Shown one piece after another: positions 1 through 9,751 of a stretch of 64,000 bases of DNA. The notes below the pieces were generated by a model. It did no database searches, was not told the DNA's origin, and saw nothing but the letters and a program-made list of their open reading frames with translations. Every line of letters begins with the position of its first letter. Positions within the stretch are counted from its first letter, which is position 1. Made by a program: the position numbers and the translations under genes. Origin of the DNA: Clostridia bacterium (lineage in GTDB: Bacteria > Bacillota > Clostridia > TANB77 > CAG-465); the NCBI GenBank assembly GCA_045611765.1, contig JAZKXT010000006.1, positions 32,203 to 96,202 of the forward strand, in the 5' to 3' direction.

Positions 1-923
1 CATATAGACTTAAAACAGGTAAAATAGATAAATTTATTAAGACTCAAAGAAACAAAATGGGTCTTGAGAATTATGACGTAGAAATTGCGTTTAAAGCTGG
101 ATTTTGTTCGGCGTTTGTGGCCTTTGGTGACGCTAAGCAAAAGATAAACTGGATACACGAAGATTATGCAACATATAATAAAACCAAACGATACGAAAAT
201 ACTTTTAAAGAGATTTTTAACTCTTTTGATAAACATATAACTGTATCTGAAGATGCAAAAAAATCTTTTTGCAATATATATGGAAATGAGCAAAATACAT
301 TTGTTATAGAAAATTATATAGACACGAATTTAGTCTTGGAGCAAGCTAATCAACAAGACGTAATGGATGAAATGCTAATAGACAAGTCGAAACTGAATTT
401 TGTTACATTGGGTAGATTCTGCCGAGAAAAAGGATTTGAAAGAATAATAAACGCAATATATAATTTAAAACAAGAAATGGACATTTCCATGTTACACGTA
501 TATATAATTGGTTATGGAGAATATGGAGAAAAGTTAAAGAACGAAGTAACCAAACTGGGATTAACGCAATATATAGACATATTAGAAAGTAATAAGTTAG
601 AGGCTAGTCCATACGCTATTATGAAGCAATGTGACTTGTTTATACTTTCGTCACATAGCGAATCGTTTGGAATGGTTAGAGTAGAAGCCCTTTCATTGGG
701 CCTACCTGTTATTACAACAGACGTAGCTTATACACAAGAATTAATAGAAAACAAATACGGAATAGTTGTAGAAAATTCTGAACAAGGAATATTTAATGGA
801 ATTAAACTAATGTTGCAGGATGAAACTCTTGTAGAAAAACTAAAACTACAAGTTCACGATTATTCATATAGCAATAAAAATAAATTAATATTAGACAAAA
901 TAGAAAAACTTTTGGAGGAATAA
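1..923 (+). CDS. Glycosyltransferase family 4 (GT1 group), partial. The reading frame is open back to the window edge, so the N-terminus lies upstream of position 1.
   Basis: C-terminal GT4 fold with EX7E-like motif (ESFGMVRVEALSLGLPVITTD). No in-frame stop between position 1 and the M at 57. Confidence 0.7.
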   Translation, partial: YRLKTGKIDKFIKTQRNKMGLENYDVEIAFKAGFCSAFVAFGDAKQKINWIHEDYATYNKTKRYENTFKEIFNSFDKHITVSEDAKKSFCNIYGNEQNTFVIENYIDTNLVLEQANQQDVMDEMLIDKSKLNFVTLGRFCREKGFERIINAIYNLKQEMDISMLHVYIIGYGEYGEKLKNEVTKLGLTQYIDILESNKLEASPYAIMKQCDLFILSSHSESFGMVRVEALSLGLPVITTDVAYTQELIENKYGIVVENSEQGIFNGIKLMLQDETLVEKLKLQVHDYSYSNKNKLILDKIEKLLEE

Positions 924-924
924 A

Positions 925-2526
925 TTGAAACAAAGCAAACTATATGAAAAACTTAATAATTTACTTATGATATTTTTAGTATTGCAACCTATTTTAGACA
1001 TTTATATGGCTATCGTAGGGAATAAGCTAGACATATTAGGAATTTCAATGGCAACCATTATACGTACAGTATTTGTAATGTGTGTATTTTCCATTGTTAT
1101 TGTAAGTCAAATAAAATACAAGTATCATGTTAAATATGCATATGCTATCTTAGGCTATATACTAACTGTTATAATATACAGTTTACTACATCACTTTAAC
1201 ATTGTATATTCTAACGGATATTATATTACTGAAAATATTTATAGCTTTATGACAGAATTTATGTATGTTTTAAGATTGACAGTACCGATTTTATTAATAT
1301 ATATTACGATAATTACAAAACCATCTAGACAAGACTTGCTAAAAGTCATGGTTACAGTAGCAGTATTTATAGCACTCGTAATTGTTATAACAAACATTTT
1401 TAAAATATCTTTTGCTTCATATTCGCAAACCAATGGTAAAATTGAGTATAACATAATTGATTGGTTTACAAAAGACAATTTATCTTACGACAAGACTCTT
1501 TCTAAAGGATATTTTGTTTCAGCCAATCAAATGGGAGCATTGCTTGTATTTTTGCTTCCAATGGTTATTTACTATGCTATTAGGAAAAACAAATGGTATT
1601 TATACTTAATTATATTGCTTCAGATAATAAGTATGGTTCTTGTAGGTACGAGAGTTGCAAATTATGGCTGGATGCTTGTATTTATGGCAATGTCCATAAT
1701 GTATACTTTGTTATATTTTACTAAAGGATTGAAATTACAAATTCAGCCAATTGTTTGGCTTGGAACAATATTTGTAATTGGGCTTGTTTTGTATTCAAAT
1801 TCGCCTTCTCATAGTAGAGAATTTGCTTCGGAATATGAAGGTATGTATGACGAAGGATTGTTGGAAACAGATGGAGTGCAATATATTTCTTTAGAAGAGT
1901 TTGAGCAAATTATTTCAAGCGAAGCTAATATGAGTGCATACATAGGAGAACATAGTGACAATTTAATACAAGCGTCTAAAGAAAAATATATTTTTACAAT
2001 GTATAAATATCATCATATAACGAATAAGTATATTTTGGAAATTTATCCTTATGAAGATGATGTGGATTTTTGGTTGGACATTTTTGGGAAACCTATATCT
2101 ATTAAAGGAGACAATAGAGGAAGGCAGGTTGCAATTATACGAAGAATAAAACAAAATAATAACAACCTATTATTTGATACATTATTTGGAATGGGAGCCA
2201 CACCATTAAATTCTAGAGGTTATATGATAGAAAATGATCTTATATCTCATTATTACAACTTAGGAATAATAGGCACAATACTTTTTGTATCACCATTTGT
2301 ACTAGGCGTACTATATGCTATATATAGATGTAGAAGACGTTTGTTTGATATAATCAACATGGAATTTGTTGTATATGTATTAGCTGTTGTCATGACATAC
2401 TTTATGGGATACTTTGCAGGACATGTAATTGATGAGTATATAATATCTATATATTTAGCTGTTATAGCAGCAGTTATTATTAATTTTTATAGAGGAGAGA
2501 CGGTTAATGAAAAATCCAAAACTTAG
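925..2526 (+). CDS. Polytopic membrane protein, O-antigen polymerase/ligase (Wzy/WaaL-like) family, with a large extracytoplasmic loop
   Basis: About 10 hydrophobic TM segments, a roughly 130-aa hydrophilic loop in the middle, TTG start 6 nt after GGAGG, and position inside a glycosyltransferase cluster. Confidence 0.5.
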   Translation: MKQSKLYEKLNNLLMIFLVLQPILDIYMAIVGNKLDILGISMATIIRTVFVMCVFSIVIVSQIKYKYHVKYAYAILGYILTVIIYSLLHHFNIVYSNGYYITENIYSFMTEFMYVLRLTVPILLIYITIITKPSRQDLLKVMVTVAVFIALVIVITNIFKISFASYSQTNGKIEYNIIDWFTKDNLSYDKTLSKGYFVSANQMGALLVFLLPMVIYYAIRKNKWYLYLIILLQIISMVLVGTRVANYGWMLVFMAMSIMYTLLYFTKGLKLQIQPIVWLGTIFVIGLVLYSNSPSHSREFASEYEGMYDEGLLETDGVQYISLEEFEQIISSEANMSAYIGEHSDNLIQASKEKYIFTMYKYHHITNKYILEIYPYEDDVDFWLDIFGKPISIKGDNRGRQVAIIRRIKQNNNNLLFDTLFGMGATPLNSRGYMIENDLISHYYNLGIIGTILFVSPFVLGVLYAIYRCRRRLFDIINMEFVVYVLAVVMTYFMGYFAGHVIDEYIISIYLAVIAAVIINFYRGETVNEKSKT

Positions 2527-3493
2527 CATTATACTTCCTGTTTGGAACACAGAAAAATACATATATAAATGTTTACAAAGCATTTTTAGTAATACTTTTC
2601 AGGATTTCGAACTAATAGTTATAAACAACGCATCAGAGGATAATTCGGAAGATATAATATTAGACTTTAAGAAAAAACATTCGAATAAATTGATATATTT
2701 AAAAAGGGATAGAAATGATATAAGTGAAGCTAGAAATGATGGCATAGAATGCGCAAAAGGCAAATATATAGCGTTTATAGACAGCGATGATTATATAGCT
2801 CATAATATGTTCGAAGTTTTGATTGAAAAAATAGAAGAGGACAGTTTTGATATTGCCGTATGTGACGCTAAACTTGTATATGAGGATAGTGAAGACGCAA
2901 AAGTGGTTTCGTCAGGCTATACTCAAGATTTATATCACAAAAACAAAATAAGAGAAACAATGCCAATATTTTATCCGGTTATGTGGAACAAGATATATAA
3001 AGCTGAGCTTGTGAAACAAGTTAAATTTACAAGTGGAGTATGGTATGAGGACATGGAATACTTACTTAAACTTTATCCTCACATAAATAGCATTGGAGTA
3101 GTTAAGTACCCGTTATATAATTATTTACAAAGAAAAAATTCAATTACCTATACGTATAATGATAAACTTTATGATATAATTAATAATATGGAACGCGTAA
3201 TAGCATGCTACAAGGCGGAAGGGGTATATGAAGAGTATAAAGATGAACTAGAATACCTATACGCCAGATATGCATTTACAACATTCCCTAAAAGGCTAGC
3301 TAAATGTAAGGACAAGATAAAATATAACAAAGGAATAGATTTTGCTTTGGCTAAAGTAAAAGAATATTTCCCAAACTACAAGAAAAATAGATATTTACAG
3401 TTAATGGGAATAAAAGGAAGATATATAAAACACTTTAATAGATTTTTATCTCATATGAATTATATGGTACAAAATGGGAAAAAATATAATTAG
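2507..3493 (+). CDS. Glycosyltransferase family 2
   Basis: N-terminal GT-A motifs (LSIILPVWNTEKYIYKCLQSI, FIDSDD as the DxD motif). Start overlaps the upstream gene. Confidence 0.8.
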   Translation: MKNPKLSIILPVWNTEKYIYKCLQSIFSNTFQDFELIVINNASEDNSEDIILDFKKKHSNKLIYLKRDRNDISEARNDGIECAKGKYIAFIDSDDYIAHNMFEVLIEKIEEDSFDIAVCDAKLVYEDSEDAKVVSSGYTQDLYHKNKIRETMPIFYPVMWNKIYKAELVKQVKFTSGVWYEDMEYLLKLYPHINSIGVVKYPLYNYLQRKNSITYTYNDKLYDIINNMERVIACYKAEGVYEEYKDELEYLYARYAFTTFPKRLAKCKDKIKYNKGIDFALAKVKEYFPNYKKNRYLQLMGIKGRYIKHFNRFLSHMNYMVQNGKKYN

Positions 3494-3503
3494 TGAAGGA
3501 GAT

Positions 3504-3983
3504 TGCTTAATGAAAAAAAGAGTTATATTTATTTCTAGTACGGGTGGTCATTTTTCAGAATTAATGATATTAAAGCCAATATTTGAAAATTATGACTATC
3601 ACTTAATTACTGAAAAAACTGCGTCTACAATTTCGCTTAAACAAGAATATAAAGAAAGAATGCATTATCTAGTATACGGAACTAGGGTAAAGAAGGTTAA
3701 ATATTTTTTTAAAGCTACCTGGAATACTATAAAGTCGTTAGGTTTGTTTATTAAAATAAGACCTAAAGCGATAGTTACAACAGGTACTCATACTGCAATG
3801 CCCATGTGTATTATTGGAAAACTTTTAGGAGCAAAAATAGTATTTATAGAAACTTATGCAAATGTATTTACGCCTACCGGTTCTGGCAAGTTTATATATA
3901 AGTTTGCAGATAAGTTTATAGTGCAATGGGAGGATATGCTAAAAGTTTATCCGAAAGCTACATATCTAGGAGGAATATTTTAA
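3504..3983 (+). CDS. Alg14-like membrane-anchoring subunit of a split UDP-sugar glycosyltransferase (Cps14F/EpsE/PssD-like)
   Basis: KRVIFISSTGGHFSEL N-terminal motif and about 160 aa length. RBS GAAGGAG precedes the ATG at 3504. The stop overlaps the start of the next gene (TAATG). Confidence 0.65.
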   Translation, partial: CLMKKRVIFISSTGGHFSELMILKPIFENYDYHLITEKTASTISLKQEYKERMHYLVYGTRVKKVKYFFKATWNTIKSLGLFIKIRPKAIVTTGTHTAMPMCIIGKLLGAKIVFIETYANVFTPTGSGKFIYKFADKFIVQWEDMLKVYPKATYLGGIF

Positions 3984-4471
3984 TGATATTTTTAACAGTG
4001 GGAACACAAGACAAACCTTTTGCAAGAATTATACAGGCAGTAGAACAAGCTGTAATAGACGGCCAAATAACAGACGAAGTTATAGTACAAGCGGGTAATA
4101 CTAAATATGAATCTAAAGTTTTAAATGTGTTAAATTATGTTCCTTTTGAAGATTTTAACAAATATCTTTCAAAAGCTGATATAATAATAACACATGGTGG
4201 AGTTGGCTCAATACTTAATGCCCTAAAGCTAAAAAAGAAAGTTATTGCCGTCCCAAGGTTGAAAAAGTACAGCGAACATATAAACGATCATCAGCTTCAG
4301 GTAATACAAAAAATGACGGAACAGGGATATATTTTAAGCACAGAAGACGAAAAAGAAATAGGAAGAAAAGTAAAAGAAGCCGCAAATTTCGAAGTTAAAG
4401 AATACAGTAGTAACACAGAAAACTTTATACATAATTTTAAAAATGTTCTAGATGAGGTTTTAGATAGTTAA
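3983..4471 (+). CDS. Alg13-like catalytic subunit (GT28 C-terminal domain, Cps14G/EpsF/PssE-like)
   Basis: MIFLTVGTQ...ITHGGVGSILNALKLKKKVIAVPR matches the Alg13/MurG C-terminal domain pattern. Translationally coupled to the Alg14-like gene. Confidence 0.65.
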   Translation: MIFLTVGTQDKPFARIIQAVEQAVIDGQITDEVIVQAGNTKYESKVLNVLNYVPFEDFNKYLSKADIIITHGGVGSILNALKLKKKVIAVPRLKKYSEHINDHQLQVIQKMTEQGYILSTEDEKEIGRKVKEAANFEVKEYSSNTENFIHNFKNVLDEVLDS

Positions 4472-4552
4472 ATAATAATAGCAAATAATAAATAATAAAT
4501 AATAAAATAAAATTAATTACAATAAATTAAAAAAGAAATAAAGAGGGATATT

Positions 4553-5206
4553 ATGTTTGATATATTTACAACAGAAGGAATAATACAATTTTTATACTTT
4601 CTACCGGCCTTGCTATTGTCACTTGCAATACATGAGTTTGGACACGCTTTTGTTGCGTACAAACTAGGAGATAATAGTCAAAAATATTTAGGAAGACTAA
4701 CACTTTCGCCGTTCGCGCACATCGATTGGTTTGGCTTTATTTCTATTGCATTAATAGGAATAGGTTGGGGCAAACCTGTTATGGTAGACGATAGGAATTT
4801 TAAAAATAGAGGCAAAGGAAACATGTTAGTAGCACTTGCTGGTCCAACGTTTAATTTGGCTTTAGCATTAGTTGTAACAATACTTCTTAAGATACTTTTA
4901 ACAGTAGGCTTATTTACGACAATTGAAACAAATACAACTCTTGCAATTATATTTAATATAATATATTTGACAATACAGTTCAATATAATATTTGCTGTAT
5001 TTAACTTAATACCATTACCACCATTTGATGGTTCAAAAGTGTTGTATTACTTTTTACCATATAAAGCAAAACAATGGTTTGATAAACTAGAGCAATATTC
5101 TATTTGGATATTAGTTGCATTATATATAACGAAGGCATATGCGTGGGTTATTGAACCAGCATATTTTGTAATACAAGTATTACTTAATCTAATACTATTT
5201 ATGTAA
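4553..5206 (+). CDS. Site-2 protease family (peptidase M50) intramembrane metalloprotease
   Basis: HEFGH zinc motif inside a TM segment, downstream NLIPLPPFDGSKV (LDG-like) motif, multiple TM helices. Confidence 0.7.
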   Translation: MFDIFTTEGIIQFLYFLPALLLSLAIHEFGHAFVAYKLGDNSQKYLGRLTLSPFAHIDWFGFISIALIGIGWGKPVMVDDRNFKNRGKGNMLVALAGPTFNLALALVVTILLKILLTVGLFTTIETNTTLAIIFNIIYLTIQFNIIFAVFNLIPLPPFDGSKVLYYFLPYKAKQWFDKLEQYSIWILVALYITKAYAWVIEPAYFVIQVLLNLILFM

Positions 5207-5219
5207 AAGGGGAAAATAA

Positions 5220-6242
5220 ATGTATATATTAGGAATAGAAAGTAGCTGTGATGAAACATCCATAGCAATACTTGAATTTAATGGAGAGAACAATAACGAC
5301 AACAATTTTAAAGTGCTTGCAAACGTCGTATCTTCACAAATAGATGTACACAAAAAATATGGTGGTGTAGTGCCTGAAATAGCATCAAGGCATCACACTA
5401 AAAACATTGGGCTTGTGTTAGATGAAGCATTAGAAACGGCAAACATAAAACTCGAAGACTTGTGTTGTGTAGCTGTAACTATAGGGCCGGGGCTTGTTGG
5501 CGCACTTTTAGTTGGGGTGTCTTTTGCTAAAGCTTTGGCGTACACATTAAATATACCACTTGTACCTGTACATCATATAGCAGGACATATTGCTGCCAAC
5601 TTTTTAACACATCCAAATCTTAAACCGCCATTTTTATCATTAGTGGTATCTGGTGGTCATTCGCACGTAATAGAAGTTAAAGATTATACAAACTTTAAGA
5701 TTTTAGCTAAAACACGTGACGATGCTGTAGGAGAAGCTTTCGATAAAGTGTCACGTGTACTTGGACTAGGCTATCCTGGTGGCCCAGAAGTAAGTAAAAT
5801 GGCTGAAAAAGGACAAGCTACATATAAACTGCCTAAGACTAAATTTGAAGAGAATTTAGACTTTAGCTTTAGTGGTGTAAAAACAGCGGTGTTAAATATA
5901 GCGAATAAAGAAAAAGACAACTTAAGAGTCGCAGATATGTGTACAAGCTTCGAAAATAATGTAGCGGAAGTTTTAGTGGCACACACATTAGAACTAGCAA
6001 AGCAAACAAAAATAAACAAAATTGCCTTAGCCGGCGGAGTATCAGCAAACAGAAGAATACGCGAATTGTTAACACAAGAAGGAAATAAAGAAAACATACA
6101 AGTATATTTACCGGAACTTAAATATTGTACAGATAACGCTGCTATGATAACTGTTGCAGGAATATTTAAGTATAGAGAAGGCAAATATACAAAAGATTTA
6201 AGTTTAAATGCAAAAGCTAGCATGAATATAGAAGAGGAATAG
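5220..6242 (+). CDS. tsaD: tRNA N6-adenosine threonylcarbamoyltransferase TsaD (Kae1/YgjD family)
   Basis: MYILGIESSCDETS N-terminus, the GGVVPEIASRHH metal-binding region, 340 aa. Confidence 0.9.
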   Translation: MYILGIESSCDETSIAILEFNGENNNDNNFKVLANVVSSQIDVHKKYGGVVPEIASRHHTKNIGLVLDEALETANIKLEDLCCVAVTIGPGLVGALLVGVSFAKALAYTLNIPLVPVHHIAGHIAANFLTHPNLKPPFLSLVVSGGHSHVIEVKDYTNFKILAKTRDDAVGEAFDKVSRVLGLGYPGGPEVSKMAEKGQATYKLPKTKFEENLDFSFSGVKTAVLNIANKEKDNLRVADMCTSFENNVAEVLVAHTLELAKQTKINKIALAGGVSANRRIRELLTQEGNKENIQVYLPELKYCTDNAAMITVAGIFKYREGKYTKDLSLNAKASMNIEEE

Positions 6243-6252
6243 GGGTGAGATT

Positions 6253-6939
6253 ATGGCTATATATGCAATTTCAGATTTGCACTTGTCTAAAGCGGTTCCG
6301 AATAAATCAATGGAGCTATTTGGTAAGGGTTGGGAAAATTACGAACAAAGATTGGATGAAAATTGGAGAAAAACGGTAAAAGATACGGATACAGTACTTA
6401 TTCCGGGAGATATCTCTTGGGCAATAGATTTAAATGAAGCATACGAGGACTTTGCATATATAAACAGTCTTCCTGGAAACAAAATAATAATAAAAGGAAA
6501 CCATGATTATTATTTTTCAACACTCACAAAAGTAAATAAATTTTTAAAAGACAATAATTTTAATACGATCAAAGTATTAAATAACAATAGCTTCTTTGTA
6601 GAAAATATAAATATATGTGGTTTTAGAGGTTGGGGAAACACTGAAGATGATAAAACCAATAATTACAAAGTATACTTAAGAGAGCTTGTTCGTTTAGAGC
6701 TTTCATTAAATAGTATAGCGGAAGAGAACAAACACAAAGACATATTAGTAATGACTCATTTCCCACCTTGTAGGTATGAAATACAAGAGATTTTTAAGAA
6801 GTATAATGTTAAAAAATGTATTTATGGGCATCTTCACGGAGAGGGCCATTATATGGTTCGTGAGGGCGAAATAGATGGTGTAGAATACAAAATGGTTAGT
6901 GGTGATTATACGAAATTTGAACTAGTAAAGCTAAACTAG
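6253..6939 (+). CDS. Calcineurin-like metallophosphoesterase
   Basis: ISDLHL, GDISW and GNHDYY motifs. Confidence 0.7.
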   Translation: MAIYAISDLHLSKAVPNKSMELFGKGWENYEQRLDENWRKTVKDTDTVLIPGDISWAIDLNEAYEDFAYINSLPGNKIIIKGNHDYYFSTLTKVNKFLKDNNFNTIKVLNNNSFFVENINICGFRGWGNTEDDKTNNYKVYLRELVRLELSLNSIAEENKHKDILVMTHFPPCRYEIQEIFKKYNVKKCIYGHLHGEGHYMVREGEIDGVEYKMVSGDYTKFELVKLN

Positions 6940-6964
6940 TTTAACTATAAAAGAGAGGTTATAT

Positions 6965-7300
6965 ATGATAAAAGATTATAAAATAATAACATTATGTGGT
7001 TCAACTAAATTCAAAGATGAATTCATGAAAGCCCAAAAAGACTTAACATTACAAGGTAATATTGTAATTTCAGTAGGGCTATTTGGTCATTCTGGAGATA
7101 ATGAGGTGTGGGAGAACATGGATGACGGAACACTTACAAAAACTAAAATAATGTTAGACGATATGCACAAAAGAAAAATAGATATGGCGGATGAAATATT
7201 TGTAATTAATGTTGGCGGATACATTGGAGAAAGTACAAAATCTGAAATAGAATATGCCAAAAATACAGGTAAGACTGTAAATTATTTGGAAGAATTATAA
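6965..7300 (+). CDS. Small hypothetical protein with a nucleoside 2-deoxyribosyltransferase-like (SLOG-like) motif pattern
   Basis: 111 aa. C-terminal VGGYIGESTKSEIEYAKNTGKTV resembles the catalytic-glutamate region of the NDT family. I have no search confirmation. Confidence 0.3.
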   Translation: MIKDYKIITLCGSTKFKDEFMKAQKDLTLQGNIVISVGLFGHSGDNEVWENMDDGTLTKTKIMLDDMHKRKIDMADEIFVINVGGYIGESTKSEIEYAKNTGKTVNYLEEL

Positions 7301-7334
7301 TAAAAAATATTTACTTTATAGGATGTAATTTTAA

Positions 7335-7733
7335 ATGGAAAAAAGAATGAATAAAGAAGAACTAATTAATGTAATTGAAAGTTTAGGGATAGACTATGAA
7401 GAGTTTTGGATTTTATCTACTTCAGCTCTCGTTATAAGAGGGCTATATCCAGATGCGGGTGATTTAGATATTGCCGTTACTGAAAAAGGCTTAGAACAAT
7501 TAAAACAAAGATTCGAACTTAAACAAAAACCAAATGGTTGGTATATAGTTAATGACAAAGTAGAATGTGTATTAGATACAAAAGATGATTGGAATATTGA
7601 AAGGTATGGGAAATATAATTTAGAAAGCATACCTAAATATTACAAATATTTAATTTCTAGTACTAGAGAAAAAGATAAAGTCAAATTAAAAATAGTAGTA
7701 AAGTATATTAAAGATAATAATATAACTATCTAA
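7335..7733 (+). CDS. Small nucleotidyltransferase-fold protein (minimal pol-beta-like NTase), hypothetical
   Basis: 132 aa. RGLYPDAGDLDIAV resembles the G...[DE]xD signature of minimal nucleotidyltransferases. Confidence 0.3.
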   Translation: MEKRMNKEELINVIESLGIDYEEFWILSTSALVIRGLYPDAGDLDIAVTEKGLEQLKQRFELKQKPNGWYIVNDKVECVLDTKDDWNIERYGKYNLESIPKYYKYLISSTREKDKVKLKIVVKYIKDNNITI

Positions 7734-7825
7734 ACAAATATTTTACTAAAAACCATTGTATTTTATTTTAAGTTATGTTAAAATATTAAGGTAAAAATGA
7801 TTCCAAATACAAGGAGGGACAAATA

Positions 7826-8029
7826 ATGAGAAAAGAAATACAACCAAACTATAATGAAGCAACAATAACTTGTGCTTGTGGTAACGTGATTAAAGTTGGT
7901 TCAACTAAAAAAGAAATGAAAACAGATACATGTAGTGCATGTCATCCTTTCTTTACAGGATTAAAACAAGCTGTTTCTTCTAAAGGTAGAGCCGCAAAAT
8001 TTATGGAAAAATACGGAACAAAAATGTAA
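7826..8029 (+). CDS. rpmE: 50S ribosomal protein L31
   Basis: 67 aa. CxCG...CSxCHPFFTG zinc-ribbon signature typical of L31 type A. Confidence 0.9.
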   Translation: MRKEIQPNYNEATITCACGNVIKVGSTKKEMKTDTCSACHPFFTGLKQAVSSKGRAAKFMEKYGTKM

Positions 8030-8036
8030 TATAATG

Positions 8037-8064
8037 GTGCTACTTAGTGTAGCACTTTTATTTT
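8037..8064 (+). terminator. Rho-independent terminator after rpmE
   Basis: GTGCTAC-TTAGT-GTAGCAC hairpin followed by TTTTATTTT. Confidence 0.7.
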
Positions 8065-8082
8065 AATGTAAATGAGGTTATT

Positions 8083-8889
8083 ATGAAAGAAAAACACGTG
8101 GCATTTATTTATGACTTTGATGGGACTTTAGCTCATGGGAATATACAAGAATATAACTTTATACCCGCGCTTAATATGACTAGCAACGAGTTTTGGAGCG
8201 AAGTAGATAGATTGAAATTTGAAAATAATATGGAAAATGTACTAGCATATATGTATCTAATGCTAAAAAAGGCAGAGGAAAACAATATCTCTGTTAGAAA
8301 ATCTTCATTCATAGAATACGGCAAAAATATAGAATTTTACCCAGGTGTAATTTCTTGGTTTAATAGAATTAATGCGCATGCTAAAAATCTTGGGATTACA
8401 ATGCATCATTATATAGTATCGTCAGGTATTAAAGAAATGATAGAAGGTACAGAAATAGCAAAAGAGTTTGAGAGAATATATGCTTGTAGCTTTTTATACA
8501 ATATAGATGAAATCGCTAAATGGCCAGCAGTTTCTGTAAACTATACGAATAAAACCCAATTTCTATATAGAATAAATAAAGGTATATATGAAGTATATGA
8601 TTCAAGTATAAACGACAAGATGCTAGATAAAGACAAGAAAATTCCTTTTGAAAATATGGTGTACTTTGGAGATGGGATGACAGATGTGCCATGTATGAAA
8701 GTGGTAAAAGATAACGGTGGCCAGGCCATATCTGTATATTATAAAAATAACCAATTAGCCAATAAATTACTTGCTGATGGTAGAGTAAATTATATTGCAA
8801 CAACAGATTATACAGAAGGAAGCGATATTGACAAATATATAAAAGATATACTAAATAAAATTAGTAAAAGGACGGAAAATGAACAGTAA
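8083..8889 (+). CDS. HAD-superfamily hydrolase
   Basis: N-terminal DFDGTL (DxDGT) motif and C-terminal GDGMTD motif. Confidence 0.6.
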   Translation: MKEKHVAFIYDFDGTLAHGNIQEYNFIPALNMTSNEFWSEVDRLKFENNMENVLAYMYLMLKKAEENNISVRKSSFIEYGKNIEFYPGVISWFNRINAHAKNLGITMHHYIVSSGIKEMIEGTEIAKEFERIYACSFLYNIDEIAKWPAVSVNYTNKTQFLYRINKGIYEVYDSSINDKMLDKDKKIPFENMVYFGDGMTDVPCMKVVKDNGGQAISVYYKNNQLANKLLADGRVNYIATTDYTEGSDIDKYIKDILNKISKRTENEQ

Positions 8890-9751
8890 ATTAAATAGTG
8901 AAATAAATGTTTTAATAGATAAGTACAATTTAAATTCCCTTGATATAACTTCAAATCCAAGGGAACTTATTATTATGCTCTTATCTCATATAAAAAAGAC
9001 AAGTATAGCAAATATTAAACTAGACATGGTAAAAGTAGAAGATAAGGATATAGAACAACTAGAAAGGATGTTAAATAAAATAGCAAATGAAAAATTACCA
9101 CCTCAATATGTTACAAACAAAGAATATATTTGGGGTGAGGAGTTTAATGTTAGTGAAAATGTTTTAATTCCAAGACAAGACACCGAAACGTTAATAGAAT
9201 TTGCAATGAATAGCATTAAAGAAAATGGGTATAAAATTGCACTAGATATGTGTACAGGTTCCGGGATAATAGGTATACTTATAGCAAAGCATACAGAAAT
9301 TTCTCACGTAACGCTTTCAGATATTTCTTCTGAGGCTCTACAAGTGGCAAGAGAAAACATTAATATGAATGGTGTAGAAAGCAAATGCAATATTATAAAG
9401 TCTAATATGTTTGATGCTATATACAAATTAAATAACAAATATGATATAATACTTTCAAATCCACCATACCTTACCAAAAGTGAAATGAAAGAGATATCGG
9501 CGTTTGTAGAAAAAGAACCTAGCATTGCATTATACGGCGGACGTGACGGTTTAGATTTTTACAGAATAATATATAATGAGTCTAAAAACTTTTTAAAAGA
9601 TGGTGGAATGATAGCAGTAGAAATTGGACACTTACAAGCACAAGATGTTATAGATATAATCTTGTCGCACAAGTGCTATTATAATGTTCAAGTTGTGCAA
9701 GATATAAATAATAAAGATAGGGTGGTAGTATGTCATTTTCAGAACAAATAA
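8879..9751 (+). CDS. prmC: Release factor glutamine N5-methyltransferase PrmC (HemK)
   Basis: NPPY motif (ILSNPPYLT), SAM-binding DMCTGSG motif, start overlaps the upstream gene. Confidence 0.85.
   Translation: MNSKLNSEINVLIDKYNLNSLDITSNPRELIIMLLSHIKKTSIANIKLDMVKVEDKDIEQLERMLNKIANEKLPPQYVTNKEYIWGEEFNVSENVLIPRQDTETLIEFAMNSIKENGYKIALDMCTGSGIIGILIAKHTEISHVTLSDISSEALQVARENINMNGVESKCNIIKSNMFDAIYKLNNKYDIILSNPPYLTKSEMKEISAFVEKEPSIALYGGRDGLDFYRIIYNESKNFLKDGGMIAVEIGHLQAQDVIDIILSHKCYYNVQVVQDINNKDRVVVCHFQNK

Noticed and set aside
57-923. Met at position 57 as the true start of the first glycosyltransferase
   Set aside because: The frame is open all the way to position 1 and the protein would lack the N-terminal GT-B domain. 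The gene almost certainly continues upstream of the window.
1239-1478. Minus-strand 79-aa ORF (and similar antisense ORFs, for example 1963-2154, 4678-4983, 5771-6223, 11742-12221, 20225-20698, 22297-22569, 45608-45967, 50139-50636, 57485-57799)
   Set aside because: They are embedded antisense within strongly supported genes, have no RBS, and show the low-complexity composition typical of chance ORFs in AT-rich DNA.
4472-4552. AATAA(T)-type low-complexity run between the Alg13-like gene and the M50 protease
   Set aside because: Short, imperfect, AT-only. It is most likely just an intergenic A/T tract and promoter region, not a meaningful repeat element.
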